From sequence record DRR723986_3475: a stretch of DNA of 64,000 nt. The stretch is one strand, 5' to 3'. The translations under genes were made by a program, and so were the position numbers. Of the stretch, positions 47,978 through 58,695 are shown one piece after another (position 1 is the first letter of the stretch; the number at the start of each line of letters is the position of its first letter). The notes below the pieces were generated by a model. The model did not search any database and was not told the DNA's origin. It saw nothing but the letters and a program-made list of their open reading frames with translations.

Positions 47978-49110
47978 TAATTATTCTTTAAATATTGTTC
48001 TACAGCTTGACAAATGTGCTGTAATTGATCTATTTCTAATTCTGTGTGCATTGGCAAAGAGATAACTGTCTTACACAGTTCATTTGTAACCTCAAAATCA
48101 TTGTCTGAGTAATCTTTTGCCCCGTATGCCTCTTGTGTATGCAAAGCAACCGGATAATAAATCATGGCCGGTACTCCTTGTTCTTTTAAATAAGACTGCA
48201 TTTTAAACTGGTCAATTCCGTCAATCTTTAATGTGTATTGGTGAAATACATGAGTAGATTGTGGATTTACAGCAGGTGTTGATATGCGACTGATTTGACT
48301 AAAAAAAGAGTTGTAGTATTCTGCTGCTTGTTGTCTTGCTGCAATATAACTGTCTAATTTTTTTAATTTAATCCCCAACACTGCAGCCTGCAATGAATCT
48401 AGCCGCGAATTTACTCCTATACGATCGTAGTAATAGCGCTTGGCCATTCCATGATTGACAATTGAACGACATATTCTTGCTAATTCATCATCATTAGTAA
48501 ATAATGCCCCTCCGTCACCATAACAGCCTAAATTTTTAGACGGGAAAAAAGAAGTTGTTCCTATATGACCGATTCCACCAGCTTTAATTGTTTCGCCTGT
48601 AGCTCTAGTGTATGATGCACCAATTGCTTGAGCGTTATCTTCAACAACATACAAGTCATGCTCTTCAGCAATTTTCATTATTTCATCCATATTGGCGCAT
48701 TGACCAAATAAATGAACGGGAATAATTGCTTTAGTTTTTGGCGTGATTGCTTCTCGAATTGCATCAGCTGAAATACAAAAGGTGTCAGGATCTACATCAA
48801 CCAATACGTGTTTCAATCTCAAAAGACCGACAACTTCAACAGTTGCTGCAAATGTAAAATCTGATGTAATAACCTCATCACCAGGTTGCAAATCCAAGCT
48901 CATCAAGGCGATTTGTAAAGCATCCGTGCCATTTGCACATGGTATTACATGCTTCACTCCTAAGTAGTTTTCTAGATCGGCCTGAAATGATTTCACTTCT
49001 GGTCCATTTATAAAAATCGAATGATCCAATACATTTTGCATAGCAGAATCCACATCAGCCTTTATCTCGGCGTATTGTGATTTTAAATCTACCATCTGTA
49101 TTTCCTTCAT
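47977..49110 (-). CDS. DegT/DnrJ/EryC1/StrS PLP aminotransferase (WbpE/WlbC-like)
   Basis: NGTDAL, PVHLFGQ, EDNAQA, SFFPSKNLGCYGDGG, NSRLD. Confidence 0.92.
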   Translation of the reverse strand: MKEIQMVDLKSQYAEIKADVDSAMQNVLDHSIFINGPEVKSFQADLENYLGVKHVIPCANGTDALQIALMSLDLQPGDEVITSDFTFAATVEVVGLLRLKHVLVDVDPDTFCISADAIREAITPKTKAIIPVHLFGQCANMDEIMKIAEEHDLYVVEDNAQAIGASYTRATGETIKAGGIGHIGTTSFFPSKNLGCYGDGGALFTNDDELARICRSIVNHGMAKRYYYDRIGVNSRLDSLQAAVLGIKLKKLDSYIAARQQAAEYYNSFFSQISRISTPAVNPQSTHVFHQYTLKIDGIDQFKMQSYLKEQGVPAMIYYPVALHTQEAYGAKDYSDNDFEVTNELCKTVISLPMHTELEIDQLQHICQAVEQYLKNN

Positions 49111-49209
49111 AATCTAAAAAAAGTTAAGCGATTGAATCAAGTTTGCGAATATAATCAATAATCTAGTGATTTAGTCGTTTCTTTGGGTAGCAATTCATAT
49201 TTTTGAACC

Positions 49210-49956
49210 ATGAAGTTTCTAGTCGCCATCAGCTTGTTTATAAGCGTTTCATCTTTCTCACAAAGAAATTTAACTGACAGTACCATGAATAATGTTTTGG
49301 TGGGATTAAACTATAAGTTCAATTTAGTCTCAGGGGACATAACAAAGCTGTGGGGCTTTAATCATGAAATTGGAATCAGCATTGATAATAAATTTAAAAA
49401 CAATTTAACGCTGGGTATTTCGGCGGGATTTATTTTTGGAAATCAATTCAAAGACACCAGCATTTTTAAATCGGTGGTGAATGATTTTGGAACGGTAACA
49501 AGTTTAAACGGAACCCCCTCACAAGTATTATTCTTGATGAGAGGGATGACAGCAAATGTAAATGCTGGTTATGTGTTTAATCGACTTGGAAACAATCCAA
49601 ATTCAGGGTTGTGGATTGATGTAGGTTTGGGCATGTTGATGCATAAAATCAGGATTGAAAGTATCTATGATGATGTTCCGCAGCTTGAAGGTGATTATCG
49701 AAAAGGCTATGATCGATTACATGTTGGATTTCAATCACGAGAGTTTATTGGTTATTTGTTTCAAGGAGACACTCGTTTCTTAAATTTTTATGCAGGTTTT
49801 GAATTCATTCAAGGATTTACAGAAAACCAGAGAAATTACAATTTTGATTTGGGAGGACCAGATCCAGGCCTGAAAATGGACTTTCTATGGGGAGCTAAAG
49901 TAGGTTGGCTTATTCCAATTTACAAGCGTACACCTAAAGAATATTATATTGACTAA
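49210..49956 (+). CDS. Hypothetical outer-membrane beta-barrel-like protein
   Basis: Signal peptide and alternating amphipathic beta-strands; TATTTTTG box 4 nt upstream. Confidence 0.6.
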   Translation: MKFLVAISLFISVSSFSQRNLTDSTMNNVLVGLNYKFNLVSGDITKLWGFNHEIGISIDNKFKNNLTLGISAGFIFGNQFKDTSIFKSVVNDFGTVTSLNGTPSQVLFLMRGMTANVNAGYVFNRLGNNPNSGLWIDVGLGMLMHKIRIESIYDDVPQLEGDYRKGYDRLHVGFQSREFIGYLFQGDTRFLNFYAGFEFIQGFTENQRNYNFDLGGPDPGLKMDFLWGAKVGWLIPIYKRTPKEYYID

Positions 49957-49959
49957 TAG

Positions 49960-51168
49960 ATGAGGTTATTTTATTCTTTAGGGGTCAATTTATATGTTTT
50001 AGGAATTCATATTGCTTCACTTTGGAGTTCGAAGGCTAAAAAATGGGTAGCCGGGCGAAAAGACTTGTGGCAAAAACTAGAAGCCTTTGATAACTCGGGA
50101 GAAGTGATTTGGTTTCACTGTGCGAGTTTAGGGGAGTTTGAACAGGGAAGACCAATTATGGAGAAGATAAAAGCTCAAAAAGACTGCAAAATTGTAGTCA
50201 GCTTTTTTTCTCCATCTGGATATGAAATACGGAAGAATTATGAAGGGGCAGATTTAGTATGTTATCTACCCAAAGACTCTAAAGCAAATGCCTTACGATT
50301 TTTAGACTTGATTAAACCCACTGAAATATATTTTGTGAAATATGAATTTTGGGCAAACTATATCATTGAAGCAAGTAGGCGAAAAATAAAACTCTATTCA
50401 ATTTCAGCTGTATTTAGAAAAAGTCAGATTTTCTTTAAGTTTTATGGGGGCTATATGCGCTCTGTGCTAAGAGTATTTGATCAGATTTTTGTTCAGAATA
50501 AGGCTTCTCAAAATCTGCTTTCAAGCATTCAGTTGGATTCGATTTTGGCAGGTGACACTCGCTATGACCGCGTGTTTGAAAATGCAACAAGGGTTCAAAA
50601 TTATCCGCTTATTAGTGAATTTGTAGGAGATAAGAAGGTGTTGGTTTGCGGATCAATTTGGATGGAAGATTTAAAGGTGATTGAAGAAAAATTAAATGCG
50701 TTGCAAGGATGGAAAATTATCATTGCACCTCATGAAATAAAAGATGCCTTCATTCACGAAATAATTGAACGTATAGATAAAAAAAGCATTCAATATTCTG
50801 TGTTAAACGAGTCGAATAAAGATGCTGAAGTGCTGATAATAGATAATATAGGGATGTTGATGAATCTTTATCAATATGGAGATTTGGCCTATATAGGAGG
50901 GGCTTTTAGAACCGGACTGCACAATATTCTAGAGCCTGCGGCATTTCAATTGCCGGTCATTTTTGGAGATAAATATGGGAAGTTTCCGGAGGCCTATGAC
51001 TTTATCGAGAATGGCATTGGTTTTTCAATTGAGGATGCTTATGATTTTAATCGTGTTGTTGATGAATTGAGCAACCAAGATTTAAGGTCTAAGGTGGAGG
51101 GGTTTATGACAGCAAGGAGAGGGGCAACTGCAACTATTTTGTCCCATGTGGGTTATAATACACCTTGA
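49960..51168 (+). CDS. waaA: 3-deoxy-D-manno-octulosonate (Kdo) transferase
   Basis: IWFHCASLGEFEQ, SFFSPSG, KYEFW, GDTRYD, APHE, YIGGAF, HNILEPA. Confidence 0.95.
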   Translation: MRLFYSLGVNLYVLGIHIASLWSSKAKKWVAGRKDLWQKLEAFDNSGEVIWFHCASLGEFEQGRPIMEKIKAQKDCKIVVSFFSPSGYEIRKNYEGADLVCYLPKDSKANALRFLDLIKPTEIYFVKYEFWANYIIEASRRKIKLYSISAVFRKSQIFFKFYGGYMRSVLRVFDQIFVQNKASQNLLSSIQLDSILAGDTRYDRVFENATRVQNYPLISEFVGDKKVLVCGSIWMEDLKVIEEKLNALQGWKIIIAPHEIKDAFIHEIIERIDKKSIQYSVLNESNKDAEVLIIDNIGMLMNLYQYGDLAYIGGAFRTGLHNILEPAAFQLPVIFGDKYGKFPEAYDFIENGIGFSIEDAYDFNRVVDELSNQDLRSKVEGFMTARRGATATILSHVGYNTP

Positions 51169-52441
51169 AATTTTTTCTTCCCTGATTAGAATCAACCTGA
51201 ATAAAGTAAACCCCTGATTTTAAATGCTGAAAATCTATATTCACTTCTTGTTCAGGCCGGTTAAAAGTTATCGGTGTTTGGACAATCTTTCCACTTAAAT
51301 CAACAACCTGGATTTGACCAGAAAGTTGTTTGATTCCCGATATATTGAAGCCCAATTCGTTAGAATTTAATAAAACCCCATCTAATTTATTGTTGACATA
51401 GATAATTTCAGAAAGCTGTGATTTTCCGTCATTATCTATTGATTTAAGCTGATAATAATTGTAGACGTTGTCCACCTCGTGGTACAGGTTGTATTCACTT
51501 TTACCAAAAGTTGTTTCTTGTTGTTTAATGGTTTCCAATGGTGTGAAATTGATGCCATCTTTGCTGTTGAGTAGTTCGAAATGAGATAAATTATATTCGC
51601 TCTGTGTGGTCCATTGAATATGATTAATGTTGTCAGAGGAGCTAACATTAAAAGAGGTCAAATTAAGGTCTAGGATTGTTGCTCCCTGCACGACAATGTC
51701 ATCAATTGCCACTGATGGGTCCGTGCCCACACCATTTCCATCATTTGACCAGTGAAAAGCGAATTTTATTGTAGGGTTGTTGTCTGCTGCAATGGGGAAA
51801 TTAAGTGTTACGCCAGTCCACATCCCTTGTTCGAAACCTGTGCAAGGAGTGGCTGTTTGGGGAGGGCAACAAACTCCGAACCCTGCACAAAATGCTGCAT
51901 TAAAGCATGTGCAACACGAGCTTGCAGCAACATTTCCTCCGGTAAAGGTCGTCCAAGTGGTTCCATTGTTTAAACTGTACTCCACAATAAATCCATCATC
52001 TCCTTGCGCGGCAATGTAATTAAAAGAGAGTTGAATGCCTGCCGCACCACTGCAATCAACTGTGGGTGAAATAGCACGCTTATTGGTTTGATTTGCAGCA
52101 CCCGTTTCATCATAGGCAGCACCGCAATCTGGGGTTCCGCATAACCCACCTAAAGCAGAAATGTGTAATGAATTATCACCCCCGGGGCACGCTGAACCGC
52201 AAACACCTGTAGCATTTCCACATTCCTCTCCACTTACATACCATTCATTTGCTGAGGCACCATTTACTGCTGTGTTGGCAGTTGTCCAGGATCCCATATC
52301 CCCAACAAAACCATTTGCCAGGGTTCCTTTTGCCGCTGCTGCCCCAAATGATTCTGTAGCAATGATAGTTTGCGAAAACCCATTATGCCAGAAAAGAAAA
52401 ATGGCGAAAATAAGGAGTATAGATTGAAGTAGCTTTTTCAC
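51134..52441 (-). CDS. T9SS type-A CTD secreted Cys-rich protein
   Basis: GTG start and signal peptide; jelly-roll-like domain ending AIDDIVV; WTTQSE.N...F module; DLSGK...GVYFI CTD. Overlaps the waaA 3' end by 35 nt. Confidence 0.8.
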   Translation of the reverse strand: MKKLLQSILLIFAIFLFWHNGFSQTIIATESFGAAAAKGTLANGFVGDMGSWTTANTAVNGASANEWYVSGEECGNATGVCGSACPGGDNSLHISALGGLCGTPDCGAAYDETGAANQTNKRAISPTVDCSGAAGIQLSFNYIAAQGDDGFIVEYSLNNGTTWTTFTGGNVAASSCCTCFNAAFCAGFGVCCPPQTATPCTGFEQGMWTGVTLNFPIAADNNPTIKFAFHWSNDGNGVGTDPSVAIDDIVVQGATILDLNLTSFNVSSSDNINHIQWTTQSEYNLSHFELLNSKDGINFTPLETIKQQETTFGKSEYNLYHEVDNVYNYYQLKSIDNDGKSQLSEIIYVNNKLDGVLLNSNELGFNISGIKQLSGQIQVVDLSGKIVQTPITFNRPEQEVNIDFQHLKSGVYFIQVDSNQGRKNFKVYYNPHGTK

Positions 52442-52516
52442 AACAATCTAAATGTAAGAAACTTAACCTTTTGCTGGGTGATTTTGTTAAAAAAAGAACA
52501 GCTTAATTGAGAGGAT

Positions 52517-52550
52517 AAAAAAAGGGACTCATAAAAATGAATCCCTTTTT
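52517..52550 (-). terminator. Intrinsic terminator after gdhA
   Basis: Minus strand AAAAAGGGAUUCAU-UUUU-AUGAGUCCCUUUUUUU, with a U.G wobble only on the minus strand. Confidence 0.8.
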
Positions 52551-52570
52551 GCAATTATATTCAAGTGATG

Positions 52571-53956
<1,386 letters not shown>

Positions 53957-54103
53957 TTAATTAATTTTTTAAATGAAAATCGAAGATTCGTTTAAATGTT
54001 CTGTTCTCCTAAATAAAGTGCAATATTTATAGGGCCTTACAACTATTTGAGAAGTTGCTACGTCTGATATTTAAGTACTTATCTATTTTAAAATTCTTAT
54101 CTT

Positions 54104-57100
54104 GTGGAGATGCAATTCAGATATATAATATCTACAGTCTTTTGCTTGCTCATATTAAGCTCTGTATTCGGCCAAGAAGTTGAACATCCAACAGGTTCTT
54201 ACAAGTTTCTTGAAAACAAGGGGCAATGGCCAGATCATGTTAATTTTAAATCGGATGTGCCTGGTGGAAATATTTGGTTGGAGAAAGATCGAATTCTATA
54301 TCACTTCTATCAAAAAGAAGATTTTCACAGCCACCTTGGAGAAAAAAAGCCGCATTTTGATCTTGAAATTCAAGAACATATTATTTATGCAAAATTCATT
54401 GGTGCAAATACAAGTGCCGAGCTTAAGAAAAATAGAAAGGCTGATGAATATTACAATTTTTTCATTGGTAACAATGAGGATAAATGGGCTTCGGATGTCC
54501 GTGCGTATCATGAAATAGTTTATACCGATTTTTATGATGGCATAGATTTGAAGTATTTTGAAAAAGAAGGCTTTTTGAAATATGAGTACCAAGTCAATCC
54601 CGGATCTGATCCTTCGGCTATCCAATTAAAATATTACGGTGCGAAAAGTGTAAAGATTAATGCTGATGGCGGCTTAACAGTGAAAGGAGCTCTAGGTGAA
54701 ATTTTAGATGAAAAGCCGTACGCTTATCAAATTAAAAACGGTAAAATTATAGATGTCGCTTGTCAATTTGTGATTTCCAATGATGAGGTGGTTTCATTTT
54801 CTATTGGTGATTATGATGAAAGTTTACCGCTTGTTATCGACCCGGTTCTCGTATTTGCTACTTACAGCGGTTCGGTTACAGATAATTTTGGGATGACAGC
54901 AACATACGCCTATGACGGAAAAGCCTATTCTGCAGGAATGGTTTTTGGAAATGCTTATCCAGCGCCGGCGCCAGCTTGGAATAGTACGCCAAATATTACT
55001 GTTGCTTCAACAGGCGTAGCGACTACGGATGCTTTTGTTTCGAAATACTCAGCTGATGGAACCACTATGTTATGGACAAATTTTGTCGGTGGGGGTGATA
55101 ATACTCAGGGAACGGAAACTGTTCACTCATTGATATGTGATACTTCCAATAATATTTATATGTATGGCGTAACATCAAGCCTTGATTTCCCTACTATGAA
55201 TGCCTATCAACCTGCTCATGGTGGCGGAAGTTCAATTATTTTTAACTCAACTGGAACAGATTTTACAACTCAAGGAACAGATATTTATACCGTGAAAATA
55301 AGTTCAGATGGTCTGAACTTTCTTGGAGGAACCTATATCGGAGGTTCTCATAATGACGGATTAAATTATTTAGTTACTTCTGGTAATTACGGCGGGGCCG
55401 CGAGCTATGATTCTTTAACCTCTAATTATGGTGATCAGTTTAGAGGAGAAATAATGTTGGATTCATTGAATAATGTATATATCGCATCATGTACCCGTTC
55501 AACAGATTTTCCAACAGTTACACCTATACAAGCCACGAATGCTGGTGGGCAAGATGGTGTGATTTTTAAGTTGTCGGCAGATTTCTCAACTTTGATGTGG
55601 TCTACTTACTTTGGAGGTGCAGAAAATGACGCTTGTTATTCAGTTAAAATTGATTCTAGTCATAACATACTTTTTGCAGGTGGAACAAGTTCAAATAATT
55701 TACCCGGAACGGTGGGTGGAATACAACCGACTTATCAGGGAGGTAAAAGTGATGGGTTTGTTGGGAAACTGACTTCCAACGGTCAGACATTGACTCAGTC
55801 TACCTATATCGGAACGAATGCTTATGATCAGACTTTTTTCCTTGAGATTGACCGTTGGGATAATGTTTACATTGTTGGACAGTCTGATGGTTCAATGCCA
55901 GTATTCAATGCTGCTTATTCCGTTCCTAATTCGGGCCAATACATTTGGAAATTACAACCAGATTTAAGTGCAACAATCTATTCAACAGTGTTTGGAAATG
56001 GTGATGGTAATAAGGATATTTCACCATCTGCATTCTTAGTAGATGTTTGCGGAAACGTTTATGTCAGTGGATGGGGTGAGAATATTTTGCAAGGAGCAGT
56101 GACCCTTAACGGAATGCCTATTACTACTGATGGATTTCAACAAACTCCGCCTGATGGTTTTGACTTCTACTTATTTGTTATGGAACGTGATGCGCAGAGT
56201 TTGCTGTACGGAAGTTATCTTGGAGATGCGAACGCTGGTGAGCATGTAGATGGTGGAACTTCGCGATTTGATAAGTTCGGAATAGTTTATCAATCTGTTT
56301 GTGGAGGTTGTGGCGGTAGTAGTTCATTTCCAACGACTGCTGGAGCTTGGTCAAACAACAATTTGAGCGCCAACTGTAATAATCTAGTTTTCAAGTTTGA
56401 TTTTGAGTTAATTCCTGTTGCCGACTTTAACTTGAGTTCATTCGAAGGTTGTGCACCATTCTTGCTTACTCTTGACAATGAAAGTACGGATACCGTGAAT
56501 TCAGTGTGGACATTCCCTCCTCAGGCACAAGTAATTTCAGGTGGAGTGAATCCACAGCTATTATTTAATGACCCCGGAACTTATGAAATCATTATATCAA
56601 TTACAGATACTATTTGCAACTTGGTTGATACTGCGAAAAAAATAATTACAGTGTATGACGCTTTAGAGTTGTATGTTCCCAATGACACCATAGTTTGTAA
56701 TTCATTCACAACAGAATTGATCGCTAACTCAAACGGATCTGCAACGGGCTTTACCTGGTCGGATGATCCCAATTTCACGAATGTTTTGAACGCTGGTCCA
56801 ATGGACTCTACAATAACTGTTACACCTACTCAAACTACCACTTATTATGTAACTGCTACGAATGGATGGCCTTTGTGCGATTTGATTGACTCTGTTGAAA
56901 TACAGTTCGTGGATGGGGCAATGGAATTGCAAGGAGATCAGACCATCTGTTATCAAGACACACTTTTGTTAATCGCAGAGAATTTATTACCCGGAATAAC
57001 AATTACATATGATTGGGAACCTGCATCAGAAATTATTCAGGATTTTGATTCAATGGTAACTGTGTCACCTACAACGTCTCAGTATTTTTACGTTACAGGT

Positions 57101-57685
57101 ACAACAAGTTTAGGATGTACACTATATGATTCGGTATGGGTAAATGTGAATATTATTGATCCTAACACCGTTTATGCGACTGCCAGCCCTGATACAATTC
57201 CGATCGGATCAACATCAAATTTGCAGGCATTTCCAAACAACACAGGATATTCGTACACTTGGTATCCACCTTTGAGCGTTGAACCTGAAAATGGACAATC
57301 GACAACTGCAACGCCAGAGGAAACAACAACTTATTTGGTGACCATAGAAGGGGACGAATGTCAGTTTTTGAGAACAGTAGAGGTTGTTGTTTACGAATTT
57401 GAATGTGGTGGAGTTTACATTTTTGTGCCTTCCGCATTTACCCCAAATGGTGATGGCGAAAACGACTTTTTGTTTGTTAGAGGTTTGAACTTGCTGGAAG
57501 TAGATCTTAAAATATTTGATCGTTGGGGTGAACTCGTTTTTGAAACGCAAGATCAATCCTTAGGATGGGATGGGACTTTTAAGGGTAAAGATTTAGATCC
57601 TGATGTATACGTATATCATCTGAAAGCTATTTGTTTTGATGGACAAGAGTCCTTAATTAAAGGGAATATTAGTTTGTTGAGGTAA
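54104..57685 (+). CDS. T9SS type-B CTD (gliding-motility C-terminal domain) surface protein with SBBP-like propeller repeats and PKD domain
   Basis: FLENKGQW...LVIDP N-domain, repeated (W)STY(F/I)GG, EHVDGGTSRFD, PKD-like F..PGTY.I, C-terminal FVPSAFTPNGDGEND...IFDRWGE...WDG. Start is GTG 54104 or ATG 54110. Confidence 0.88.
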   Translation: MEMQFRYIISTVFCLLILSSVFGQEVEHPTGSYKFLENKGQWPDHVNFKSDVPGGNIWLEKDRILYHFYQKEDFHSHLGEKKPHFDLEIQEHIIYAKFIGANTSAELKKNRKADEYYNFFIGNNEDKWASDVRAYHEIVYTDFYDGIDLKYFEKEGFLKYEYQVNPGSDPSAIQLKYYGAKSVKINADGGLTVKGALGEILDEKPYAYQIKNGKIIDVACQFVISNDEVVSFSIGDYDESLPLVIDPVLVFATYSGSVTDNFGMTATYAYDGKAYSAGMVFGNAYPAPAPAWNSTPNITVASTGVATTDAFVSKYSADGTTMLWTNFVGGGDNTQGTETVHSLICDTSNNIYMYGVTSSLDFPTMNAYQPAHGGGSSIIFNSTGTDFTTQGTDIYTVKISSDGLNFLGGTYIGGSHNDGLNYLVTSGNYGGAASYDSLTSNYGDQFRGEIMLDSLNNVYIASCTRSTDFPTVTPIQATNAGGQDGVIFKLSADFSTLMWSTYFGGAENDACYSVKIDSSHNILFAGGTSSNNLPGTVGGIQPTYQGGKSDGFVGKLTSNGQTLTQSTYIGTNAYDQTFFLEIDRWDNVYIVGQSDGSMPVFNAAYSVPNSGQYIWKLQPDLSATIYSTVFGNGDGNKDISPSAFLVDVCGNVYVSGWGENILQGAVTLNGMPITTDGFQQTPPDGFDFYLFVMERDAQSLLYGSYLGDANAGEHVDGGTSRFDKFGIVYQSVCGGCGGSSSFPTTAGAWSNNNLSANCNNLVFKFDFELIPVADFNLSSFEGCAPFLLTLDNESTDTVNSVWTFPPQAQVISGGVNPQLLFNDPGTYEIIISITDTICNLVDTAKKIITVYDALELYVPNDTIVCNSFTTELIANSNGSATGFTWSDDPNFTNVLNAGPMDSTITVTPTQTTTYYVTATNGWPLCDLIDSVEIQFVDGAMELQGDQTICYQDTLLLIAENLLPGITITYDWEPASEIIQDFDSMVTVSPTTSQYFYVTGTTSLGCTLYDSVWVNVNIIDPNTVYATASPDTIPIGSTSNLQAFPNNTGYSYTWYPPLSVEPENGQSTTATPEETTTYLVTIEGDECQFLRTVEVVVYEFECGGVYIFVPSAFTPNGDGENDFLFVRGLNLLEVDLKIFDRWGELVFETQDQSLGWDGTFKGKDLDPDVYVYHLKAICFDGQESLIKGNISLLR

Positions 57686-57690
57686 GAAAC

Positions 57691-58695
57691 TTGAAAAAAT
57701 TAATCTTCATATTTACACTCATAGTGAGTGTTGCGGCGAGTGCACAGGATATCCATTTTTCTCAATGGGATATGAACCCGGTTTTTTTGAATCCTGCGTT
57801 AACTGGAAATCATGAATGTGCATGGAGATTTTCCGGAAATCAAAGAAGTCAATGGAGGTCAGTTTCACGACCGTACAACACAATAGGCTTATCAGCTGAA
57901 AACAGACAAGGATTAATTTTACCTGGGATGTATCATGCAGTTAATTTATTCAGTGACGCTGCGGGAGATGGAAATTATCGAACATTTGAGTTTAATATTA
58001 GTACAGCTTATCAATTTTATTTGAACAATGATTCTACCCACTCAGTAACTCCTGGAATCCAGTTAGGAGTGAATCATAGGAGTATAGATTTTTCACTATT
58101 GAGCTTTGATAATCAGTTTAACGGATATTACTATGATGGGAATTTATCATCTCAAGAAAATTTTGGAACTAATAAAAGAACAGGATTCAATATGGCTTTA
58201 GGTGCTATCTACGCCTATAAGCCTGCTTATAGAAAAGAACTCGTTGCAGGAGTTGGTTGGTTCAATATTCCTCAAATGAAACAAAGTTTTTATGGGGATG
58301 ATTTAATTAAAAGAGATCGTAGGGTTGTTATTCATGCTAAAGCGAATTATCCTCTGAATTTTGAATGGGATATTCAACCCGGATTAATGGTTCAATTTCA
58401 AGGCAAATACAAGGAAATTATTTTCGGGACGAATGCAAGGTATTTAATTAAAGATAAAAAAGGAGAACTGTTGGCTCCTTACGCAGGAATTTGGTGGCGA
58501 AATCAAGATGCTGCTTATGTTACAGCTGGATTATATTACAATAAGATAAAGGCTGGGATTAGTTATGATGTGAATTTTTCCAAGTTGGTTCCCGCGAGTA
58601 ATTTGCGTGGAGGATTAGAATTTTCAGTACAGTATATTTTATGCATCTTTAAGCCCAAAGAAATCAAACACAGAATTTGTCCTGATTATCTATGA
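57691..58695 (+). CDS. PorP/SprF-family T9SS membrane protein
   Basis: AQDIHFSQ, LNPALTG, RSQW, SYD, GGLEFS; directly follows a type-B CTD cargo gene. Confidence 0.92.
   Translation: MKKLIFIFTLIVSVAASAQDIHFSQWDMNPVFLNPALTGNHECAWRFSGNQRSQWRSVSRPYNTIGLSAENRQGLILPGMYHAVNLFSDAAGDGNYRTFEFNISTAYQFYLNNDSTHSVTPGIQLGVNHRSIDFSLLSFDNQFNGYYYDGNLSSQENFGTNKRTGFNMALGAIYAYKPAYRKELVAGVGWFNIPQMKQSFYGDDLIKRDRRVVIHAKANYPLNFEWDIQPGLMVQFQGKYKEIIFGTNARYLIKDKKGELLAPYAGIWWRNQDAAYVTAGLYYNKIKAGISYDVNFSKLVPASNLRGGLEFSVQYILCIFKPKEIKHRICPDYL

Noticed and set aside
51134..51168. 35-nt convergent overlap of waaA and the Cys-rich gene as a frameshift or pseudogene
   Set aside because: Both proteins look full-length; short 3' overlaps of convergent genes are common.
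54180..54625. Overlapping 112-aa and 109-aa ORFs at the start of the type-B cargo gene
   Set aside because: Out-of-frame or antisense to a well-formed gene, with no domain signal.
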